Source: Leidyana gryllorum EB-2025a (lineage: Eukaryota > Protista > Apicomplexa). Taken from it: a DNA stretch of 39,990 bases. The stretch is from the NCBI GenBank assembly GCA_048772705.1, contig JBLWGC010000045.1:1-39990 (forward strand), given 5' to 3'. The translations under genes and the position numbers were made by a program. The notes under the pieces are model-generated. The model did no database searches. It had not been told where the DNA came from and saw only the letters and a list, made by a program, of their open reading frames with translations. Of this stretch, positions 1-9,685 are shown piece by piece (within the stretch, counting starts at the first letter, position 1; each line of letters begins with the position of its first letter).

Positions 1-224
1 TGCAGAACACGATCCTGTTGACTCTTGTACCTGGTGACAGCCATTCTTTATAAGCCTATCAAGATTCCACTATCAATACGAATGGAATTTGTTACTAAGT
101 CCGAGCTTCCTTGCCGCCCCAAGTCCGTCGGTAGAGCGCATGACTTTTGAGACAGACCCCGGGTTCGGGCAGCGCGCGAAGCGTATGTGAAGCCACTGGC
201 CGCAAAATGCCAAGTCCAACAGGT

Positions 225-306
225 GGCAACTTGCCCGACTGATTAAGGGGGTAGACTAGAAATCTACTGGGCCTGGCCCGCGCTGGTTCAAATCCAGCAG
301 TTGTCG
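225..306 (+). tRNA. tRNA-Ser(AGA), D-loop GG mutated (possible pseudogene)
   Basis: gtaga-ct-AGA-aa-tctac arm, long variable arm; gactgatt instead of gagtggtt. Confidence 0.7.
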
Positions 307-378
307 TGTGGTCTGATTGGAGGGGCAGACAACAACTCACGCATGAAACTCTAACCATGGTAAAACAATCATCTCATC

Positions 379-449
379 TGCATCTGCCGGGAATCGAACC
401 CGGGTCGTCTCGATGGCAACGAGACATTCTACCACTAGACCACAGATGC
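379..449 (-). tRNA. tRNA-Gly(GCC)
   Basis: GCATCTG/CAGATGC acceptor, tctcg-tt-GCC-at-cgaga, GGTTCGATTCC. Confidence 0.92.
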
Positions 450-617
450 GTGACACCTTGTTGTTGAAGCTCGTACACGGTAACGGCCGTTTTCTGAACG
501 AATGTCCGTGGCGTGTTCAGAGCGTCCGAGATAGCATAGTGGTTACTATTTTCGCATGTCACGCCTAAGAAGCAGGCCCGATTGCCGGTAAATGAGTCTG
601 GAACGGGGGATGGTTTT

Positions 618-689
618 GGGCCTATGGCGCAACGGTAGCGCGTCTGAATCCAGATCAGAAGGTTGGGTGTTCGAATCACTCTGGGCTCA
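618..689 (+). tRNA. tRNA-Trp(CCA), atypical A32
   Basis: tctga-at-CCA-ga-tcaga; intact T arm. Confidence 0.8.
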
Positions 690-899
690 ACCGGACTCTA
701 TGTTTTTCCCGTTTGGGACGCAACCTGACAAAAGTGGGATTCGAACTCACGACCTTTCGGACTCCGGTCTGAGCACAGCGCCTCAGACCACCCGGTCATC
801 TTGCCGGGATGTTGTTGGCTCGCCGCTCCACGCGTGTTCTATCCCTGGAATCTTAAGATGGAAGGACTTTTGGGGTTTCAGGCCGGTGTGTTCGGAGCG

Positions 900-971
900 T
901 CCGAGATAGTATAGTGGTTAGTATTTCCGCCTGTCACGCGGAAGACCCGGGTTCGATTCCCGGTCTCGGAG
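900..971 (+). tRNA. tRNA-Asp(GTC)
   Basis: TCCGAGA/TCTCGGA acceptor, tccgc-ct-GTC-ac-gcgga. Confidence 0.93.
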
Positions 972-1026
972 CACAATTGATCTCGCTTAAGATTGTCTTT
1001 TTTGGTGCCCGCTGAGCGTTGCGAGC

Positions 1027-1099
1027 TACAGCCACCGAGGATCGAACTCGGGACCTTCTGCGTGTTAAGCAGACGTCGTAACCACTAGACCATGGCTGC
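1027..1099 (-). tRNA. tRNA-Val(AAC)
   Basis: tctgc-tt-AAC-ac-gcaga; intact cloverleaf. Confidence 0.9.
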
Positions 1100-1387
1100 A
1101 TGGATGGTCCCCGCAGCCCAAGAGAAGTGGCGAAGCTTCAGGGAGTAGTGAGGACCAGTTCAAGGGTCGCGCCGGGATCGAACCCAGGTCGCAAAATCCA
1201 AAGTGTCGAGTGCTAACCACCAAGGACGCAACCGGTTCAGCCCATCCCGGAAGAGTCGGACTAGCGCTTCCTCAACTGGACACATGCAACACGGGTCTTG
1301 TATACAGACCCCAGCGTCAGTTGGATTCGAGTCGGGCAAAAACCTCAGTTCAATCATTCAACCAGTTGCGCTCTCCCCGAATGCTAC

Positions 1388-1469
1388 CGACAAGGGTGAG
1401 ATTTGAACTCACGCGGGTGGCACCCAACGGCTTAGCAGGCCGCCGCCTAGACCACTCGGCCACCTTGCC
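1388..1469 (-). tRNA. tRNA-Ser(GCT)
   Basis: cggc-ct-GCT-aa-gccg, long variable arm. Confidence 0.85.
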
Positions 1470-1660
1470 GACGACATCTCTTACTCGCTGGCACTTTTCA
1501 CAACGGTTTGGGGTCCTAGTCAAGCTTGCTTAACCGTATGTGACATCACTGGCCGCAAAATGCCGAGTTCGACAGGTGGCAACTTGCCCGAGTGGTTAAG
1601 GGGGTAGACTAGAAATCTACTGGGCCTGGCGTGGCACAATCAACCAGGTGCCATCTCCTG

Positions 1661-1731
1661 TGCATCTGCCGGGAATCGAACCCGGGTCGTCTCGATGACA
1701 ACGAGACATTCTACCACTAGACCACAGATGC
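1661..1731 (-). tRNA. tRNA-Gly body carrying Asp anticodon GTC
   Basis: Identical to 379-449 except anticodon GCC->GTC. Confidence 0.85.
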
Positions 1732-2194
1732 GTAATAACTTGTTGCGCTAGTCGCTCGGTGTGCAGACGCCACAGCATTTCGTGATTCTTCATAGCATAG
1801 TTGCACCACCATCCGTTCGGCTGTTTGGTCTAGTATGTTCCTTCCTTGGGTGGAAGGAGTCTGGGCTCGATTCCCAGAACAGCACGTCTTACAATTGTTG
1901 TCTCACTCCGCGTCTCTCCAAGGTCGGCTAAGATATGCGGCTCTTACCCCGTACAATCCCGCATGAAGTCTAGACAGCTGAGACAAAATCTGATTTGCAT
2001 CAGTTGTGAGGGGCTAAAACCCGACCACTCGCCCAGACGCTACTGGGACTCGAGCCCACAATCCCCAGTTCCGTGGACCGACGCCACATCCATTGGGCCA
2101 TACCGCCGATCAACGGGGGCGTCAAATGAGAGTGTGTTGGGATCAAGCGTTGTCGATCCGGCAAGAGTTCCCATCCGAGAATCCAGAGACATAC

Positions 2195-2266
2195 TGTCCG
2201 AGCCAGGAATCGAGCCTGGGTTTGCACGGCCACAACGTGCTGTCCTAACCACTAGACGATTCGGAC
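2195..2266 (-). tRNA. tRNA-His(GTG)
   Basis: gcacg-tt-GTG-gc-cgtgc; T-loop CTCGATT (C54). Confidence 0.8.
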
Positions 2267-2465
2267 AATCTTCAGGTGTGGGGCCACTCCTCGCCACATG
2301 ACGGAATCGACAGTTGCTAACTTGCCCGAGTGAGGAACTAGTGCAGATCCAGCAGTTGTCGTGCGATATGATTGGAGGGGTCAGACACCAACTTACGCAT
2401 GAATCCTGTGGTTGAGCTGATGCTATTTCCAGCATCAAACCCTCATATGGATCGACACAGGGGAA

Positions 2466-2537
2466 GCCTTCTTAGCTTAGAGGCAGAGCATTCGCTTTGT
2501 AAGCGAAAGGTCGCTGGTTCGATTGCGGCAGAAGGCT
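2466..2537 (+). tRNA. tRNA-Thr(TGT), T-stem mismatch
   Basis: ttcgc-tt-TGT-aa-gcgaa. Confidence 0.7.
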
Positions 2538-2798
2538 GGACTGCATCGACTGGGAAGCTACAAAGCTTGAGTGTTTCGAGCTCCAATCAGCCTAGCTGAG
2601 TCTGTTAGCTCCGTGGGCAGAGGATAAGTCTTCTAGCCACACAGTCGCAGGTTTGGAACCTGCAGTAGTGTGACGCACCCACAAGCTCAACGCAAACTCC
2701 GCCCGAGTCTCGGGTAGAAGTCCAAGGGTAGGATGCGAGCTTCCCATGCTTGGAGCCCGGGTTCGAGTCCCGGCAGTCTCGAATAAAAAACCCTTGCC

Positions 2799-2871
2799 GG
2801 CGCTATGGCCTAATGGATATGGCATCGGTCTACGGAACCGGGGATTCTGGGTTCGAGTCCCAGTAGCGTCT
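2799..2871 (+). tRNA. tRNA-Arg(ACG)
   Basis: tcggt-ct-ACG-ga-accgg; intact. Confidence 0.9.
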
Positions 2872-3078
2872 GGGAAAGTTGTGGGCTTGCAGCCCCTCAC
2901 AACTGCTGCCACTCAGATTTTGTCTCAGCTGGTCTGGACTTCATTCGGGATTGTACGGGTGAAAGCCGCATATCCTAACCACTTGGACTACAGTTGACAA
3001 GCTCCCGAGCTGAGGCTTCGGATGAGAGCTGTACCATCTTGATCTGAGGTGGAGCGTCGGGTCAACCGACAACCAACG

Positions 3079-3150
3079 GGGCTGTTCTGGGAATCGAACC
3101 CAGGACTTCTTCCACCCGAAGGAAGAATCATACCACTAGACCAAACAGCC
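3079..3150 (-). tRNA. tRNA-Pro(CGG)
   Basis: cttcc-tt-CGG-gt-ggaag; GGCTGTT/AACAGCC acceptor. Confidence 0.9.
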
Positions 3151-3593
3151 GTCTGTCGGTCGTGCAACCCGGTGAGCACAGTCGCGAGAGTGGTCATACT
3201 ATGTTGAGAATCAACAAAATGCGACGGGGTCTGCACAACAAAATGGAAGGACTCTTGGGGTTGGAGGCCGGCGTATCCAGAGCGTCCGGGATAGTATAGC
3301 GGTTAGGATTTCCGCCTACCACGCGGAGGACCCCGGTTCGATTCCCGGTCTCGGAGCACACTTGGTTTCGCTTGAGATTCTCTCCTTTGGTTCTCGCTGA
3401 AAGTTGCGAGCTACAGCCACCAAGGATCGAACTCGGGAACTTCTGCGTGTGAAGCAGACGTCGTAAGCACTAGACCATTGCTGCACGGAGCTTCCGGACT
3501 GTGAAAGCGGCGTGTGTCTCTGGAAACAGGTATCTGATGGAGGCAGAAGGCTCGCACGGGTGCGAAGAATGACACCGAATGTCACACCCTCTT

Positions 3594-3666
3594 TGCCTCG
3601 GCCGTGGATCGAACACGGGACTTCCAGATCTTCAGTCTGGCGCTCTCCCAACTGAGCTACCGAGGC
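3594..3666 (-). tRNA. tRNA-Phe(GAA)
   Basis: AGCTCAGTTGGGAGAGC D arm, ccaga-ct-GAA-ga-tctgg. Confidence 0.93.
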
Positions 3667-4083
3667 GGTAGGTAGTCATGGAAGGCGGTGAAAATAAGCA
3701 CTTATCGCGGCCGTATGTGAGACCCACTCCTCGCAGCATGACGGAATCGACAGTTGCCAACTTGCCCGAGTGAGGAACTAGTGTAGATCCAGCACATCTT
3801 GCGCCCTGTGGCTTCACATACGGTTCAGCAAGCTTGACTAGGGCTGCTCGCGCGGCGCGAAGCCGCGGTTTTCCCTTAAAAAGTCTGGCGCTCTACCGAC
3901 GGAGTTGGGGCGGCAAAAAAGCTCGCCCTGTACCCAGGAAAGCGCAAGATTCCACGATCAATACAAATGGAATTTGTTACGAAGTCCGAATCTGTGTCAG
4001 AGATTTATTCACTTGGTCACGCCGACATACCATTCTTTCCAAGACGATACGGCTCTCGGCCGAAGCCTCAACTCGAGTACGTG

Positions 4084-4156
4084 TCCACTGTAGTCTAAGT
4101 GGCTAGGATATGCGGCTTTCACCCGCACCATCCGGGTTCAAGTCCCGGCAGTGGAA
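4084..4156 (+). tRNA. tRNA-Glu(TTC)
   Basis: tgcgg-ct-TTC-ac-ccgca; TCCACTG/CAGTGGA acceptor. Confidence 0.88.
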
Positions 4157-4232
4157 GTCATTGAACTAGTCGACCAAAGTGCCACACTAATCTCCCTGAA
4201 TAGCCATTCTTTCGTTATCTCCGGCTTACAGT

Positions 4233-4304
4233 GCCTTCTTGGCTTAGGGGCAGAGCATTCGCTTAGTAAGCGAAAGGTCGCCGGGTCGATTCCGGCAGAA
4301 GGCT
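4233..4304 (+). pseudogene. tRNA-Thr(AGT), B-box mutated
   Basis: ccgggtcgat instead of ccggttcgat. Confidence 0.7.
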
Positions 4305-4318
4305 TTGATGCATCAAGA

Positions 4319-4391
4319 GGGCTGTTCTGGGAATCGAACACAGTACCTCTCGCATGCTAAGCGAGCGCTCTACCATTTGAGCTAGTCGCCC
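4319..4391 (-). pseudogene. Chimeric tRNA: Ala(AGC) 5' part fused to Pro T-arm/acceptor 3' part
   Basis: GGGCGACTAGC...GAGAGGTACTG (Ala) then TTCGATTCCCAGAACAGCCC (Pro); acceptor stem cannot pair fully. Confidence 0.85.
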
Positions 4392-4506
4392 ATTCAGCAA
4401 ATCTCAGTACATCCAGTTCTTTTCACATGGTATGACCAATCTCCCAACTGCATCGATCACTTTCACCAGTTTGTGCTCCACTTTGCACGAACGAAGGCAC
4501 GCAGGA

Positions 4507-4579
4507 AACGGCTGGAGGGACTCGAACCCTCAACCTTTGCCTTAGGAGGGCAACGCGCTATCCATTGCGCCACAACCGC
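4507..4579 (-). tRNA. tRNA-Arg(CCT)
   Basis: ttgcc-ct-CCT-aa-ggcaa. Confidence 0.9.
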
Positions 4580-4679
4580 ATTCGGCACGCATCCGACTTT
4601 TGACTGGGACGAACGCGGGCTGCCCCGAGGTGTCTCCTCTTTCACCCAACCAGTATCCAGATGACCGAAGCCTATCCAT

Positions 4680-4752
4680 GGTGCGGTGGCCTAATGGATA
4701 GGGCATCGGTCTTCGGAACCGAGAGTTGTGGGTTCGAGTCCCATCCGCATCA
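4680..4752 (+). tRNA. tRNA-Arg(TCG)
   Basis: tcggt-ct-TCG-ga-accga. Confidence 0.9.
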
Positions 4753-4918
4753 TAGCCTCTCACTCGGAAGACGTTCCGTTTCGACCGAGGCAAGCTTGCT
4801 AGCTGTATGGGGAGCCACTGCCGCGCATGTCGAGTTGAAGTGCTAGTGATATGATTTTCCTTCGCTTGTGGGAGTGTTCGATTCGATTCCCGAGCAGTCT
4901 GTTTTTGAGTATGTTGCA

Positions 4919-5086
4919 GACAGCTCAACGCAGAAAACGCCCGAGTCTCTCGGGGTGCTGCAGCTCTTACGAAATTGCACTTGTGGTCTAAGGGTAAGTT
5001 ACGACAGCTCAACGCAGAAAACGCCCGAGTCTCTCGGGGTGCTGCAGCTCTTACGAAATTGCACTTGTGGTCTAAGGGTAAGTTAC
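4919..5086 (+). repeat. Perfect 84-bp tandem duplication containing the 5' end of tRNA-Gly
   Basis: 4919-5002 = 5003-5086; GAC microhomology at the ends. Confidence 0.9.
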
Positions 5087-6040
5087 GACCTTGGAGGGGT
5101 CCAAGAGAACAAGGGCCGTTGAGAGTGTACACCGTCGCACAACCCGGTCCTGGCAGGTTTCGAACCTGCGACTTTGTGGTTAACAGCTTCACGCTCTGCC
5201 GACTGAGCTACGAGACCCAGTTACAATGTCCTTCCACCCGAGGAAGAATCATCCACTAGACCGAACAGCTCCCGTTACGGCACTGAGAGGTGGGAGAACT
5301 GTCCGCATCTCAACAGCCAGCGTTTCCGCTTCCTTCATCATGTCCGCGAGTGAGATGTCAGAATCTATGATGCGGATGGGACTCGAACCCACCACTCCCG
5401 TTCCGCAGCCAGATGCCCCATCCATTAGGCCACCGCACCATGGACAGGCTGCGCTGAGTTCGATTCCCAGAACCAGCCCGTTTTGCTCTCGATCGACCCG
5501 ACACTCCACCTTTTTTAAGACGATACAGCTCTCCACCGAGGCTCCACTTCCCGGATCTTGTCCACTACAGTCTAAGTGGCCAGGTATGCGGCTCTCACCC
5601 GCACGCTTCAAGTTCGAGTAGGTCAATGCCATCCCAGTGAATTACTCCAGCATCGCCTTCTGCCCACCGGACCGCCGGACTGGAGCAGGCGTCACTGGAA
5701 CTCGAGCACAGAACCCCCACTTCGGTAAAACGATACCATATCCATCAGGCCATGGTGCCGGTCGGCAGGGGGAGTAAGCTGAGGTACCTGGGAGAAATAA
5801 CACCCAAGCTTGCGGTGGGATAGAAACGAACCGCAAGAAATCCGATGCCACAACCATCCACAATGCGGGCGGAGGATCGCAACCATGTTTAGGCTGATGA
5901 CTGAAGCCTCCTGTCGGAATCGAACCAGCGACTTTTCGCTTATAAAGCGCATGCTGTACCCCTAAGCTAAGGAGACATTCCCTGTCTCGACCCATATGAG
6001 TTTTTCATGCTGGGAATTGCATTAGTTCCACCACATCGCA

Positions 6041-6122
6041 CGACAACTGCTGGATTTAAACCAGCGCGGGCCACGCCCAGTAGATTTCTAGTCTACCCCC
6101 TTAACCACTCGGGCAAGTTGCC
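6041..6122 (-). pseudogene. tRNA-Ser(AGA), T-loop C56T
   Basis: GGTTTAAATCC B-box. Confidence 0.7.
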
Positions 6123-6667
6123 ACCTGTCGAACTCGGCATTTTGCGGCCAATGGTTTCACATACGGTTCAGCAAGCTTGAGTTCTCGCGCTGCCCGAACC
6201 CGCGGTCTCCCCTCAAAAGTCTTGCGCTCTATCGACGGACTTGGGGCGGCAACGAAGCTCGGACTTAGTAACAAATTCCATTCGTATTGATCGTGGAATC
6301 TTGGGCCTTCCTCGGGCACAGAGCGAATCTATATCAGAGATCCACTCACTTGGTCACGCGCGGGCTCCAGTCGCGGACTCGGAAGTTATCAGGCTCACGC
6401 TCTAACCGACTGGAATATGTGACCGCTTCAGAGTTGAGGTGAACAGTCACTAGCCGAAGGAGCGAGTGATGTGCACAGCAAAACCCCATGACTGGGATTG
6501 AAGCGGCCGCTCAGACCTTCGTCCACCCCGCCAAACAGTCATTCCAGAGCCAAATACTGACATCGAGAAGGGGGTGTACCTACACCACTGACAGTTCGCA
6601 CGGGAATCCCGACGGAAGGTGCGCTGGTCCGGATGGCTGTACCGACTCTTTTGGGATGGGTTGAACC

Positions 6668-6739
6668 GGTTGCGTGGTGTAGTGGTCAGCACTGGAGACT
6701 TTGAATCTCCCGACCTGGGTTCGATTCCCGGCGCGACCT
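6668..6739 (+). tRNA. tRNA-Gln(TTG)
   Basis: ggaga-ct-TTG-aa-tctcc. Confidence 0.88.
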
Positions 6740-6803
6740 TGGCACTGGTCCTCCGTACCCCCTGAAACTTCGCCACTCCTCTGGGGCTGCGGGGACCATC
6801 CGT

Positions 6804-6875
6804 GCAGCAATGGTCTAGTGGTTACGACGTCTGCTTCGCACGCAGAAGTCCCGATTTCGATCCTCGGTGGTTGTA
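6804..6875 (+). pseudogene. Val-body pseudogene with CGC anticodon (inverted twin at 9045-9116)
   Basis: tctgc-tt-CGC-ac-gcaga; T-arm and acceptor mutations. Confidence 0.75.
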
Positions 6876-7093
6876 GCTCGCAACTTTCAGCGAGAACCGA
6901 AGCAGAGAATCTCAAGCGAAACCACCTGCGTTTCGAGACCGGCAATCGAACCCGGGTCTTCCGCGTGACAGGCGGAGGCACTAACCACCATACTAACTCG
7001 GACCCTCTGAACACGCCGGCCTCCAATCCCAGAAGTCTTTCTATTTCGGCTCACGGACAGAAAACGTGTAAAGTGGCGAGCCAAGAACGCTCC

Positions 7094-7173
7094 GGCAAGA
7101 TGGCCGAGTGGTCTAAGGCGCTGTGTTCAGGCCGCAGTCCGAAAGGGCGTGGGTTCGAATCCCACTCTTGTCA
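7094..7173 (+). tRNA. tRNA-Leu(CAG)
   Basis: ctgtg-tt-CAG-gc-cgcag; variable arm tccgaaaggg. Confidence 0.9.
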
Positions 7174-7339
7174 GCCGTTGTATTGGCACTCGGTGAGCTA
7201 CTAGGATCCATATCCAGTCTTACCAGAACTTGAGTCTGGCACCTCGGACGACCCCTAAATCTGCGCCGTAGTTGAGAGCTTGAAGTGTCACTGTCGAGGT
7301 TCTGAAGTTGAGCCTGCGAACCTCGACGCGGTTGGCCGG

Positions 7340-7419
7340 CCGGGGGTAGCTCAGTTGGTAGAGCATCTGACTGTAGTACTGGCATCAGATAGTCGGCGGT
7401 TCGATTCCGTCCCACCGGA
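7340..7419 (+). tRNA. tRNA-Tyr(GTA) with 7-nt intron (7377-7383)
   Basis: tctga-ct-GTA-g-[tactggc]-a-tcaga; C1:G72, A73. Confidence 0.85.
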
Positions 7420-7813
7420 AGTAGAGAGATGGTTTGAAAACTACTACTCAACCTATGTGCCAACTGGATTTAATCTGGCGATGATTCCATACATGTAGTT
7501 TGGATGGGCTAGGGACCGATCCAAGTACCTTTTGTACGCTAAGCGACCGCTTAACCATCTGAGCTGGCCGCCCGCCGTGCCTACCCCATACCATTGGCTT
7601 CTACTTTACATATTATGAACAGTCTCTTGATTGTAAAGCGGGTTTAAACACCGACCAGGCGGCTGTTTGATGTAGTGGTATAATTTTTCCTTCGTGTACA
7701 AGAACTCCTGAGTTCGATTCCTAGAACAGTCCCGTTGCTTGTCGGTTGAGCCGACGCTCCACCTCATCTCAAGATGGTACGGCTCTCGTCCGAAGCCTCA
7801 GCTCGGGAGCTTG

Positions 7814-7886
7814 TCCACTGTAGTCTAAGTGGCTAGGGTATGCGGCTCTTACCCGCACGATCCGGGTTCAAGTCCCGGCAGTGGAA
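7814..7886 (+). tRNA. tRNA-Glu body carrying Lys anticodon CTT
   Basis: tgcgg-ct-CTT-ac-ccgca; otherwise near-consensus Glu. Confidence 0.8.
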
Positions 7887-7962
7887 GTCATTGGACCATT
7901 CGAGCAAAGTGCTGCAGTAACCTCCGTCAAGAGTGACTGACTCGTGATCTTTGGCTTGCATT

Positions 7963-8055
7963 GCCTTCTTAGTTTAGGGGCAGAGCATTCGCTTAATTAA
8001 GCGAAAGTTCGCTTAATTAAGCGAAAGGTCGCCGGTTCGATTCCGGCAGAAGGCT
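7963..8055 (+). pseudogene. tRNA-Thr with duplicated, palindromic anticodon arm
   Basis: ttcgcttaattaagcgaaag x2 at 7988-8027. Confidence 0.85.
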
Positions 8056-8104
8056 TTGGTCACGACCCAATCAATTCTATAGCTGTTTCCCTCCTGCGCA
8101 CACT

Positions 8105-8176
8105 TAGCAGTGCGTCGTTTCGATCGACGGACCTTTGGGTTATGAGCCCAACACTCTTCCACTGAGCTACACTGCT
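8105..8176 (-). tRNA. initiator tRNA-Met(CAT)
   Basis: A1:U72, GGG/CCC anticodon stem, ATCGAAA T-loop. Confidence 0.93.
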
Positions 8177-8646
8177 TAGTCTGCAACATTGAAGAGGGAG
8201 CAGGAATGCGATTCTTGAGATGTTATTTGCCTTGAGTGCCGCAGTCTGCTAACGAGCTGGCTGCGTTGGTTCTAGAAACTGCTTATCTCATCGGGTCAAC
8301 CGACAACCAAGAGGGCTGTTCTGGGAATCGAACCAGGTCTCCTTCCACCCTAAGGAAAGATCATACCGCTAGACCAAACAGCCGCCCGTCTGTCGTGCAA
8401 CGCGCTGGGTACACTCGAGAAAGTGGTCATACTATGTGAAGTACCACTAAATGCGATGGGGTCTGCACAGCGGGAGGCTAGCCCAGATGATGAAACGGTG
8501 CTTAGTATACGAAAGGTTCCGGGATCGATTCTCAGCCCATCCGAACTACATAGATGGAACCCTCCCCAGAGTAGTCTAGTTGGCCTATCAACGCTGTCTG
8601 CCAAAACCATCAGGTTGAGTAGTACTCTGCCAATCACCCCTCTACT

Positions 8647-8726
8647 TCCGGTGGGACGGAATCGAACCGCCGACTATCTGATGCCAGCACTACAGTCAGA
8701 TGCTCTACCAACTGAGCTACCCCCGG
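8647..8726 (-). tRNA. tRNA-Tyr(GTA), 7-nt intron
   Basis: ct-GTA-g-[tgctggc]-a. Confidence 0.87.
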
Positions 8727-9437
8727 CCGTCCAACTGCTCCGGGGTTCAAAAGGCTTAACCCCAGATCCTCGCCCTTTCGGACTGCGGCCTGAACACAGC
8801 GCCTTAGACCACTCGGCCATCTTTGTCGCAGTCTTGTTGGTTCGTCGCTCCACGCGTTTTTGTCCGTGAGCCGAAATAGAAAGACTTCTGGGATTGGAGG
8901 CCGGCGTGTTCGGAGCGTTCGAGTCAGTATAGTGGTTAGTGTCTCCGCCTGTCACGCGGAAGACCCGGGTTCGATTCCCGGTCTCGAAACGCAGGTGGTT
9001 TCGCTTGAGATTCTCTGCTTCGGTTCTCGCTGAAAGTTGCGAGCTACAACCACCGAGGATCGAAATCGGGACTTCTGCGTGCGAAGCAGACGTCGTAACC
9101 ACTAGACCATTGCTGCACGGATGGTCCCCGCAGCCCAAGACATGGCGAAGTTTCAGGGAGTAGTGAGGACCAGTTCCAAGGTCGCGCGGCGAATCGAACC
9201 CAGGTCGGGAGATTCAGAGTCTCCAGTGCTAACCACTACACGACGCAGACGCAACCGGCTCAGCCCATTCCAGAAGAGTCTGTTCCTCAACTGGACACAC
9301 GCAACACGGGTCTCTACTGACCTCTGAAATATTTTAAGTGGCTCCTGTATAAAGCGCCCAGCGTAAGCGTTGGATTTGGGTGGGACAGAAAGCTCACTTA
9401 AATCCTTGAAGCAGTTGCGCTTTTTCTCAAATGCAAC

Positions 9438-9519
9438 CGACAAGGGTGAGATTCGAACCAACGCGGGTGAAACCCACCGGCTTAGCAGGCCGCCGCCTTA
9501 ACCACTCGGCCACCTTGCC
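9438..9519 (-). tRNA. tRNA-Ser(GCT), T-stem variants
   Basis: Same body as 1388-1469. Confidence 0.75.
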
Positions 9520-9613
9520 GAGAGTGGAACGGGCTACACATTCCATCGGGAATCCCGTGCGAATTAACTTCTCGAGAATCGCATTTCGGCTACCTCTTTC
9601 ATAAGGCACATTG

Positions 9614-9685
9614 AGCAGTGTAGCTCAGTGGAAGAGTGTTGGGCTCATAACCCAAAGGTCCGTCGATCGAAACGACGCACTGCTA
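9614..9685 (+). tRNA. initiator tRNA-Met(CAT)
   Basis: Identical to 8105-8176, opposite strand. Confidence 0.93.

Larger units (their letters stand above)
374..1630 (+). repeat. Segmental duplicate of about 11909-13173 (Gly-Asp*-Trp-Leu*-Asp-Val-Gln*-Ser-Ser)
   Basis: Collinear near-identity at offset about 11540, including shared pseudogene lesions. Confidence 0.9.
4343..4890 (+). repeat. Ala-Arg-Arg module; direct copy about 35612-36160, inverted copy about 30882-31300
   Basis: Shared unique spacers, e.g. atcgatcactttcaccagtttgtgctccac. Confidence 0.88.

Noticed and set aside
900-971. Assigning the host to alveolates from remembered similarity of the Asp and iMet sequences
   Set aside because: Based on recollection only; tRNAs are too conserved to assign taxonomy without a database search
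7988-8027. Possible ochre (TTA) suppressor in the TTAATTAA loop
   Set aside because: The loop is 8 nt, self-complementary and duplicated; I saw no clean TTA, CTA or TCA anticodon anywhere, so there is no evidence for stop-codon reassignment
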